This document shows positions 40,824 to 50,453 of a stretch of DNA of 64,000 bases, piece after piece. A program made the position numbers and the translations under genes. Under the pieces are notes generated by a model. It searched no databases and was not told the DNA's origin. It was given only the letters and a program-made list of their open reading frames with translations. Source of the stretch: an uncultured Gemmatimonadaceae bacterium (GTDB taxonomy: Bacteria > Gemmatimonadota > Gemmatimonadetes > Gemmatimonadales > Gemmatimonadaceae); NCBI GenBank assembly GCA_963843845.1, contig CAWJMB010000002.1, positions 3,040,001 to 3,104,000 on the forward strand. The letters run 5' to 3'. Every line of letters begins with the position of its first letter. Position 1 is the first letter of the stretch.

Positions 40824-41639
40824 TCAGGCCTCGCCCATGACGAGCCCTTCGATCGTGTGCGCCTGCACGATCGGCTCCAGCGCGTCCACCACGCGGGCGG
40901 CGAGGTGCGGACGCGCCGACGCGGGGAGCGACTCGTAGTAGCCGCGCGTCATCTGCAGGTCGTGCCGCTCGGCGTTGCGCGCGTCCGGCGCGTCGACGCC
41001 GAGCACGAGGACCGGGCGGCTGCGCTGCGAGCGGTTGCGCGTGCCGCGGTGGATCGTGAGCGCCGAACGCGCCGAGATGTCCCCCATCTGCGGCAGCTTG
41101 CGCTGCGCGCGTGCGGCGTAGCGGTCGTACAGCTCGCGCGGCGGGAACATGCCGTGCTCGAAGCCGTCGGGCGGGTCCCACTGCGTGCCCGGCGCGATCT
41201 CGAACGGTCCCATGTCTTCGGTCGTGTCGACGGTCGTGACGTTGAAGGCGAGCGAGTTGAGTCGCCGGCCGACGAGCGTTTCGGGGGGCGACGGGAAGTC
41301 GCGGTGCCACGGCTGGTCGAGGGCGCCGGGCGTCGGCACGTCGAACCCGATCTCGACGATCCGGTAGTCGGGGCCGAGCACGGCCTCGCACACGGCGACG
41401 ACCCACGGGTGCGACACGAGATCGGCGAACCCGCGCAGCCGCTCGGCGTGCGTCTCCACATACCAGCGGTTCGGGCCGCGGCCGACGGCGCCGCCGGGCC
41501 TGCCCAACGCTTCCGCGAAGGCGGCGTCGACGTCCTCGCGGAGCTGCCGCACCCAGTCGCGATCGAACGCGCCGCGGTGCGCGACGATGCCATCGCCGTA
41601 CAGACTCCCCATGATCGCCGCGACGTCGAACGTCGTCAT
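40824..41639 (-). CDS. PhyH-like 2-oxoglutarate/Fe(II) dioxygenase
   Basis: QPWHRDF (HxD), GPFEIAPGTQ, TIHRG (distal His), downstream SRP Arg. Confidence 0.85.
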   Translation of the reverse strand: MTTFDVAAIMGSLYGDGIVAHRGAFDRDWVRQLREDVDAAFAEALGRPGGAVGRGPNRWYVETHAERLRGFADLVSHPWVVAVCEAVLGPDYRIVEIGFDVPTPGALDQPWHRDFPSPPETLVGRRLNSLAFNVTTVDTTEDMGPFEIAPGTQWDPPDGFEHGMFPPRELYDRYAARAQRKLPQMGDISARSALTIHRGTRNRSQRSRPVLVLGVDAPDARNAERHDLQMTRGYYESLPASARPHLAARVVDALEPIVQAHTIEGLVMGEA

Positions 41640-41653
41640 GTCGATGCTCCTGC

Positions 41654-44556
41654 CTAACGGTCGTCGCCGCCCGACGTGCCGTCGCGCAGCACGAAGAGCA
41701 CGGTCGGGTCCACGGGGTAGCGGCCGAAGCGCGCGCCGTAGATCGCGAGGCCGCCGGGGAGCGCGTCGCTCACCTCGAGCCGCACGACGACCTCGCCGCT
41801 CCGCGCCGCGTCGGCGAGCGCCGCGGCGGGGATCGGCACGCGCAGCAGCTCGCCGTACGAGCCTGCCTCGCGCAGCCGACGGTCGCGGAGCTGCGCGTGC
41901 CAGCTCAGGATGCCGCGCGAGTCCGCGGGGTCGTCGGCGAGGTCCCATCGGCCGGCGAGGGCGCCGTTCACGCGCACGCCGACCGCGCTCGGGAACTTCG
42001 TCGCGCCGGTCATCGGGTACGCGTTCGGGTTCGCGCTCGGGTCGTGGAAGCCCTCGCCGCGCATGTAGTCGCCGCTCTGCTTCTGCGTCGAGTCGCGGTC
42101 CTTGCCGTTGAGGCGCTTCGCCGACGCCTCGACGAGGAACGTCGCGCTCGCGACGTCCCCCGCGGCGAGCCCGCGCGGCCACGGGATGCGGTACTCGAAG
42201 AACCCGCTCCCCGCCCCGTTCACCTTGAGGCTGTCGAGGATCGTCCACCGCTTGAGCGACCACGCCCCCGCGGCCGGCAGCGCGGAGACGCGCGCGACCC
42301 GGGCGCGCCGGCCGTCGGCGAGCGTCGCCGTCGCGGCGCGCTCGCCCTCGACGACGAACGTCGTGAAGTTGCGGTGCAGCACGGTGCCGCTCGCGTCCTC
42401 GAGGCGAACGGCGAGGACGGCGACGGCCGGCTCGCTCGGCATCGTGACCGACAGCGGGGCGAGCGCCTGCGCCATGTACGGCCGGTACGGCACGCGGCGC
42501 ATCGACGTCGCGTACGAGCGGCGCTCGCCGAGCGCGTTCCAGCCGGAGAGCTCTGTGCGCAGCACGAGCGAGTCCCCGAACGCTGCCGGGCCGCCGAGGA
42601 ACGACGCGTAGAGGGGGACGCTCAGTTGCGCGCCCGGGCGCACGGCCTGGCTCAACTCCGGCGCGCCGACGGCGACGTAGAGCGGCGCGTGCAGATCGCG
42701 CAGCGACATGCCCCCGACGAGGTCGTCGAAGCCGGTCTCCTTCCACGAGCGGTCGAAGCGCCAGTAGCCGTTCCACTCGTTGATGACGTCGTGATGCTCC
42801 GTGTACAGCCAGCCGGAGAGCTTCGGGTGGCGGCGGAAGGCGTCGACGGCACGGTGGTAGTCCCAGCTCCAGTCGACGTCGCCGGTGCTCCCCTCGTAGC
42901 CCCACACGTTGCCGAACTCGGAGTTGAACATCGGCTGCCGCGCCTGCGTCCACGGCCGCTCGAAGTTCCACGGCGAGCCTGCTGTCGTGCTGTCGCTCAT
43001 CACGTCGAGCGTGCGCTCCCACTCCCAGCCGGGGAGGTAGTTGTGCCACGTGTTGAGGTCCGTCTCGGTGTGGCCGCGCCCGCAGCACACCGAGTTGTCC
43101 TCGACGAGTCGCGTCGGGTCGAGCGACTTCGCGAGGCGGTAGACGCTCGCGACCTTGCGCTGCGTCTCGGGGAGGTAGCGCTCGCGATCGCCCTGCTTCG
43201 TCGTGAGCCCCCACGTCTCGTTGAACGCGATCCACGAGAATACGGCGGGGTGGTTGTAGTCGCGGTCGATCATGCCGCGCATGGCGGCTTCGTGCTCGCG
43301 GAAGCTCGCGGAGTCCGGCGGTCCCCACCAGTTCGGCACGTCGGCCATGATGAGCACGCCGAGGCGGTCGGCCCAGTACAGCTTGCGCGGCGTCTCGATC
43401 TTGATGTGCTCGCGCAGCCCGTTGAGCCCGATCTGCCGCGCGCGCAGGATCTCGTCGCGCAGAATGCTGTCGGTCGGGAACGTGTAGAAGCCGGTCGGAT
43501 GGTACGCCTGGTCGAGCGCGAGCTGCAGGTAGACCGGGCGGCCGTTGATCGCGACGTACGGATAGGTCGTGCCGGGCAGATCGGCGACGCCGATCGTGCG
43601 CATGCCGAAGTAGGTGCGTACGCGGTCCTCGGCCACGCCGTCGCCGCTCACCGTCGCCGTCACTTCGTGCAGAAACGGGTCGTCGAGCGACCACGGCCGA
43701 GCGTTCGGCAGCGGCACGTCGACGCGGACCGTGGTCGCGCCGCGCGGCACGCGTTGCGTCACCTCGGGCTGGCCGTCGCGGTTCGTGAACGCGAGGCGGA
43801 GCGTCAGGTCGCGCGGCGCCGGCTCGCGCAGCCGCGCGTCGACACGCACGCCGGCGAGGTCGGCGCGCGGCGTGAAGTGCACCGTCTCGAGCGGGACGGT
43901 GCCGCGCGCTTCCAGGTAGACCGTCTGCCACATGCCGCGCGCCTTCCCGTACCCCTGCTTCCCTTCGAGCTTGAAGTCGTGCGGCGTGTCGTCGACGCGC
44001 ACGACGAGGCGGTGCGAGGTGCCTAACGCGAGCGGCGCGCCCGGCGCGGTGAGCTCGAAGGAGAACGGCGTGTACCCGCCCTGGTGCTCGCCGAGCTTGC
44101 GACCGTCGAGCCAGGCGGCCGTGCGCCAGTCGGAGGCGCCGAAGACGACGAAGACGCGTCGCCCGCGCCACGACTCGCGGCACGGTGATCGTGCGCGCGT
44201 ACCAGCCGACGTCCGCGCTGTCCGGCACGCCGGACGCCGGCGCTCCCCACGAGAACGGCACGAGGATGCGGTGTGCCGACGGCATCCCGCCGCTCGGCCA
44301 CCCGAGCCGCTCGCCGGCCGTCCGCCCTGTCGAACGCGAACTGCCAGCGCCCGTTCAGGTTCAGCCATTCCGCGCGCTCGAAGTCGGGGCGCGGGTGCTC
44401 GGGGAGCGGGACCGTGTCCGCACGGAGCGCGGCCCGCGGCGGCGCGCTCTGCGACTGCGCGCACGGCGAGGTGCCTGGGAGCGCGACGAGCGCGGCGAGC
44501 GCGGCGCACGCGGCGCGCGCGAGGTGTGAGCGGTGCATCGGGTGAGCGCGGATCAT
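41654..44556 (-). CDS. GH2 glycoside hydrolase with extra C-terminal domain; 5' frameshifts
   Basis: Signal peptide; LPEHPRPDFERAEWLNLNGRW, GMWQTVYLE, YFGMR, ALDQAYHP, acid/base FNETWG, nucleophile NSEFG. Breaks near 44320 and 44180. Confidence 0.9.
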
Positions 44557-44590
44557 GAGAGATCGAGTCGAGTCGCGGGAGCGCGGCGGG

Positions 44591-45697
44591 TCACCGGCAC
44601 TCGCCCGACGGCGCCGGGAGCGGCTGCCGCACGGGCACCGGCGTGCCGAAGTCGGGCGAGCCGTCGGCGTGCCAGCCGAACCGCTGCAGCGCGCACGTCG
44701 CGCTCCCAGCCCGGGCGTCGTCGAGACCTTCGCGTGGTACGCGATCCAGTCCTCGCGACCGTCGGGCGACGTCGTGAAGCTCGCGTGGCCGACGCCGAAG
44801 ACGGTCGTCGGTGCCCGGCGAACGCCGGCCCCGACTTCTCCCAGCTCGCCGGGTCGAGCGGGTCGGCGCCGCGCAGCCGCAGCACGCCGAGTCGGTAGTC
44901 GCGGCAGCCACGACTCGCGCGTCGAGTAGACGAGGAAGGTCGCGCCGCCGCGCGCGAGCACTTCGGGCCCCTCCTGCAGGTCGAGCTCCGTGCCGCGCTC
45001 CCACGGCGCGACCGGCGACGAGATGCGCACGCGGTTCGTCGCGATCGTGTACGGGTTGGCCATGCGTGCCGCGTAGGTGTGCTGCGGCGTGCGGTCGGTC
45101 GCCGCGTCGCCAGTCCAGCCGGACCAGAACGCGTAGAGCGCCCCGTTCACGCGGCCGACCGTGAGGTCGATCGCCCAGTAGGGGTGAGCGCGCGTCGCGA
45201 CCGAGTCGCCGGTGTAGAGCATGCCGCGGTCGACGTAACGCACCCTGCGGGTCGTCGCTCGACCGACTCGAGCACGCCGGCGCGCTGGTGCAGGAACGGC
45301 GGCCCCGCGCGGCCGGCGGCGTAGTAGATGTACCAGCGCCCGTCGATCCAGTGCAGCTCCGGCGCCCACACGTTGCGTGCGGTTCCAGCCGGTGTCGGGC
45401 GCCGTCCACACCTTCACACCGTGCTGCGCCGGGCGCGTGAGCGCGTTGGATCGGTAGACCCAGATCGCGTCGTTCCGCGACTGCACGAGGTAGTACGTGT
45501 CGGTCTCGCCGCACGATCCACGGGTCGGCGCCGCGCAGGATCGGGTTCGTGAACGTGCACGCGGCCGCTCCCGCCACGCCCGCCGGCGCGGTGCCGGCGG
45601 GCGTGGCGGGGGCGCCGGCGCGGTGACAGCCGCCGGCGAGTGCGGTGCCCAGCGCGAGGACGAGCGCGCGAGGCACCTGCCGCGAGCGCGCGGTCAC
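44591..45697 (-). CDS. GH43 alpha-L-arabinofuranosidase-like lipoprotein; frameshifted
   Basis: Lipobox LAGG|C; GADPWI, WAPELHWIDGRWYIYYAAG, WAID, QEGP, GVGHASFTTSPDG. Confidence 0.88.
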   Translation of the reverse strand: MTARSRQVPRALVLALGTALAGGCHRAGAPATPAGTAPAGVAGAAACTFTNPILRGADPWIVRRDRHVLPRAVAERRDLGLPIQRAHAPGAARCEGVDGARHRLEPHATCGRRSCTGSTGAGTSTTPPAARGRRSCTSAPACSSRSSDDPQGALRRPRHALHRRLGRDARSPLLGDRPHGRPRERGALRVLVRLDWRRGDRPHAAAHLRGTHGQPVHDRDEPRAHLVAGRAVGARHGARPAGGARSARARRRDLPRLLDARVVAAATTDSACCGCAAPTRSTRRAGRSRGRRSPGTDDRLRRRPRELHDVARRSRGLDRVPREGLDDARAGSATCALQRFGWHADGSPDFGTPVPVRQPLPAPSGECR

Positions 45698-47206
45698 CAC
45701 CCCGGGTTCTGTCGCACGTTCGGGTTCAGGTTCCGTTCTCGCTGCGGGATCGGCAACAGCTGCGACTTCCCGGCGACGAACGTGTTGAAGTCGGTGTCGT
45801 GCGACCGAAGCGTCGCGAGATCGGCGAACAGGTTCTGCCGGCCGAGGTCGAGCCACCGCTGCCCCTCGAGCCCGAACTCGAGCAGCCGCTCCTTGAGGAT
45901 CGCGGCGCGCAGCCGCGGCCTGCGAGAGCGAGGTCGCGAGCGGGCGGAGACCGGCGCGCGCGCGCACCTGGTTGACGAGCGGGATCGCCGCACTCGTCTG
46001 CCCCTGCTCGTTCAGCGCCTCGGCCTGCATGAGCAGCACGTCGGCGTAGCGCAGCACCTTGTAGTTGATCTGCGCCTCCCACGTCTGGTCGTTCGAGCCG
46101 GTGTAGTACTCGCCGTACTTCTTGAAGTAGATGCGCGTCGTGTCGTTGTAGTTGCCGGGGTCCGCCTGCTGCCACTGCGCCCACGTGCGCGCATAGACGG
46201 GCGTGTTCGGCCCCTTGTAGTAGAACAGCGTCGCGTCGAGGCGCGGGTCGACCTGGCCGGTCGTCGTCGAGTCGAGGAAGAACTGCTGCAGGTACCAGCG
46301 CGTCGGGCGGCCGTCACAGTAGCCGGGCCCGCAGGCGCCGGCCATCTTCGCGATGTTCAGCCCGCAGAGCCCCTGGCCGCAGAGGTCGACGTTCCCCATC
46401 TGCACCTCGAACAGGCTCTCCGCGCTGTTGTTGCCCCCCTGCGTGAAGAGCGTCGCGTAGCTCGGGACGAGCGAGTAGCCGCCGTACGTGCCGGCGACGA
46501 CGGGCGCGAGCGCCGCCGAGGCCTGCGTCCACTTCCGCTCCTGCAGCAGCGTCTTGCCGAGCATCCCCTGGGCGGCGCCGGCCGTCGCGCGCCCGCCGGC
46601 CTGCGACGTGAGCTGCCGCGGCAGCGCGGCGGCCGCCTCGGTGAAGTCCTTCTCGATCTGCGCGAACACCGTCGCGCTGTCGGAGCTCGCCGGGCGGTCG
46701 GTCGCCGACGGCGGCGTCGTGATGAGCGGCACCTGGGCGCCGTAGAGCGTGATGAGGTGGAAGTACGCGAGGCCGCGGAGGAACTTCGCTTCGGCGAGGT
46801 ACGTCGCCTTGCGCGTCGCGTCCATGTCGATGCCGGGCACGTTCGCGAGCACCAGGTTCGCCCGGTTGATGAGCAGGTACGTCTCGTTCCACGTGTCGCG
46901 GTTGATGTCGAAGTCGTACCCCGACGGGAACTGGAACTTCGAGAACGCGTTCAGCTCGGCCCACGGGCTCGTGTTCGTGGTGCCGACGTCCGAGCGCGTG
47001 TCGTAGGAGAAGGCCTGCCAGCGCTGGAACGTGCCGAGGCGGAGCAGCGCGTTGTACGACGCCGTGACGCCGGCGCCCGCGTCGGTCGCCGTCCGCCAGA
47101 AGTTGCCGGAGCTCGGCGCGTTCGGGTCGGTGACGTCGACGTCGTTCCGGCAGCCGACGAGCGCGGCGCCCGCCAGGGTCGAGAGGAGAAGTGTGCGAAG
47201 TCGCAT
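45694..47206 (-). CDS. SusD/RagB-family nutrient-binding lipoprotein; frameshift near 45915
   Basis: LVG|C; AEAKFLRGLAYF, ESLFEVQ, LRYADVLLMQAEA, ERLLEFGLEGQRWLDL, QNPGW. Confidence 0.95.
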
Positions 47207-47234
47207 GAGTGTCTGAGGCGAGGTGCGGGGCCCG

Positions 47235-50200
47235 TTAGAAGCGAACGTCGATGCCGAACGTGAACGTGCGCGGGTTCGGGTAGATCAGGCCGTCGTCCAC
47301 GCCGCGCGCGAGCGGGCGCCGAAGCCGAGCACCTCGGGGTCGTAGCCGGAGTATTTCGTGAACGTGTAGAGGTTCTGCACGTTCACGTAGAGCCGCGGCC
47401 GATCGGCGCCGGAGAGGCGCAGGCGCTGCACCACGGTCTGGGGCAGCCGGAGGCCGAGCACGAGGTTCTGCACGCGCACGAAGTCGCCGCGCTCGAGCCA
47501 GCGGTCGCTCACCGGGTCGCCGTTCACCGCGTCGCCGAACACCGCGCGCGGGGTGTCGGTGTCGGTGTTCGTCGTCGTCCACGGGCTGTACCCTGCGCGC
47601 AGGTTGCTGAGCCCCGTCGTGCGCTCGGTCGCCAGCTTGATCGCGTTGTAGATCTTGTTGCCGAACGAGCCGCGCAGGTTCACGCCGACGTCGAGCGCGC
47701 GCCAGTGCGAGTCGAGGAACAGTCCGCTCGTGAACTTCGGGATCGCCTTGTCGATGAAGACGCGATCGTTGTCGTTGATGACGTTGTCGACGCGGCCGAG
47801 CGAGTCCGGCTGGTCGACGAAGCAGAGGTCGCCGGGGCGCGCGCTCGGCTGCGCCTTGTGCGCCGCGACCTCCGCCGCCGACTGGAAGATGCCGCACGTC
47901 TGCTTGACGTAGAACGCGCCGATCTCGTGGCCGACCGCAGTGCGCGCGACGCCGAAGAGCGCGTCGGTGATCGGCTGGCCGCCGTTGCCCAACGACACCA
48001 CGCGGTTGCGCGTCGTCGTGAAGTTGAGCGACGTGTTGAGCCCGAAGGCGCCGCGCTCGTAGCGGTGCGTGGCGCCGAACTCGAAGCCGGTGTTGCGCAC
48101 CTCGCCGGCGTTCACCGCCGGGTCCGACGACGACGCGAGCGAGCCGGGGAGCGGCAGGTTCACGAGCAGTTGGTCGGCGTCGTTGCGGTAGTAGTCCGCC
48201 GTGATCGACAGCCGGTTGTTCATCAGTCCGAGGTCGACGCCGACGTCCGACGACCGGTTGCGCTGCCAGCGCAGGTCGGTGTTCGCGAGCTGGTCCTGCG
48301 TCGCACCGCCCGCGATGACGGTGGCGCCGCTCGGCCCGTTCGTCACGTAGTTCACGTTCTGCGCGACCGGAACGAAGTAGCGCAGGTCGCCGATGTTCTG
48401 GTCGCCGAGCACGCCGGTGCTCGCGCGCACCTTGAAGAAGCTCGCGCCGCCGAGCAGCGGGATCGAGCGCCAGAACGCTTCCTCGCTCGCCACCCAGCCG
48501 ACCGACCCGGCGCCGAAGGTGCCGCAGCGGTTGCCGGGGCTGAAGCGCGACGAGCAGTCGCGGCGTCCGCTGCCGGTGACGAGGTAGCGGTCGCGGAATG
48601 CGTACGTCACGCGCGCGAGCAACGAGTTGTTGCGGAACGGCGTGAGGAACCCGCCGTTCGTGAACCCGGTCGTGGAGCCGGCGTTCAGCTGCTGCAGCGC
48701 CTCGCTGCTGAAGCCCTGGCGGAACGCGCTGAGCTGCTGGTAGTCGTTGCGCTGCGACGTCTGTCCCGCCGCCGCGGAGAGGCGGTGGTCGCGGCCGAGC
48801 ACGTCGTCGTAGGTCAGCAGATTCTCGTAGAGCAACTGCTGGTTGTTCGGCGCTTCCTGGAACAGCGACGCGCCGGTGAGCACCGGCGTGAGGTAGCGCA
48901 CCTGGTTCGCGCTCGTCCACACGGTGTGCTGCAGGTCGTTGTAGTTGATGCCGAGGTTCAGGCGGTAGCGCAGGTTGCCGACGATGCGCACCTCGCCGAA
49001 CGCCGTGCCGATGACCTGGTTCGACCGCGCGCGGTTCGAGTTGTTCGTGAGGACGGCGATCGGGTTCACGCCGTAGTTCGGGTTCGCGTCGTTGCCGTAG
49101 CCCCACCCGCCCGGGTTGTTCGGGTCGCGCACCGGGATCGTCGGCAGCAGGCTCACGACGTCGACGAGCGGCAGCGCCTGCCCGCCGAAGATGCCGTTCG
49201 GGAACGCGCGCTGGTTCGACTGGGAGAGCGCGATCGCCTCACCGACGCGCACGCGCCCCGTCGACGCCTCCGAGTTCACGCGCAGGCTGTAGCGGCGGAA
49301 GCCGGTGTTCATCACCGTTCCCTTCTGGTCGAGCGCCGACCCGCTGAGCAGGTACGTGGCGCTCCCCGTGCCGCCGGACGCGGTCAGGTTGTAGTTCTGG
49401 ATCGCGCCGCCCTGGAACAGCGCGTCCTGCCAGTCGGTGTTGATCGAAGACGCCTGGCTGACGCCCGTCGGCACGACGAGCTGCGCGTTCGCCGGGAGCT
49501 GGGCGTTCGCGTTCTGGTACGCCTGCTGGAAGATCGCCTGGTACTCCGCCGCGCTCGCGAGCGGAATGCGCTTCGGGATCTCCTGGTAGCCGAAGTAGCT
49601 GTTCAGCGAGAAGCGGTTCGGTCCCGCCTCGCCGCGGCGCGTCGTGATGACGACGACGCCGTTCGACGCCTGCGCGCCGTACTGCGCGGCGGCCGACGCG
49701 TCCTTGAGGATGTTGATCGACGCGATGTCGTCGGGGTTGAGATTCGGGTTCTGCGCCCCGAGGTACATGCCGTCGACGACGTAGAGCGGCGACGGATTGC
49801 CGAAGCCGTTCTGTCCGCGGACGACGATCTGCGCCGGCCGACCTGGCTGTCCGCTCGCGGCGATCTGCACGCCGGGAGTGCGCCCGCGCAGCGCCTCCTC
49901 GACCGTGGCGACCTTCTGGTCGCGCAGGTCGTCGCCGCTCACCGTCGTCACGGCGCCCGAGATGTCGCGTCGCGTCTCGTTCGTGTAGCCGACGACGGCG
50001 ACCGCGGAGAGCTGTGTCGCGCTCGTGGCGAGCGTCACGTCCGCCGTGACGGTCGCACCGTCGCCGACGTTGACCTGCTGCGTGGCCGGCGTGTAGCCGA
50101 TCCGCGCGACGCGGAGCGTGTAGGTGCCGGCTGGGACGCCGCTGATCGTGAAGCGCCCATCGTCGCCGGCCACGGCGCCGAACGCCGTGCCCTGGAGCGT

Positions 50201-50401
50201 GACCTGCGCCGACGGGACCGGCTGCCCGCCGTCACCGCGCACGGTGCCGGTGACGCGTGCCGTGCCGCGCGGCGGCTGCTGCGCGCGCGCGACCGCCGGC
50301 GCGAGCGCGTTCGTGAGCAGGGCGGCCGGCGACCAGGCGAGCCCGAGTGCGGTCACCAGCCCTGCGGCGGCCCGCGTCGAGCGGTACGAGGGGGAGATCA
50401 A
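47235..50401 (-). CDS. SusC/RagA-family TonB-dependent transporter; frameshift near 47315
   Basis: Carboxypeptidase-like N-domain; PLYVVDG, ILKDASAAAQYGAQASNGVVVITT; ends YPNPRTFTFGIDVRF. TTG start chosen from GGAGGA 7 nt upstream (GTG 50449 is an alternative). Confidence 0.95.
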
Positions 50402-50453
50402 AGTGCGGTCCTCCGCGAGGATCGGAAAAGGTGCGGCCCGGCGCCTCACGCGC

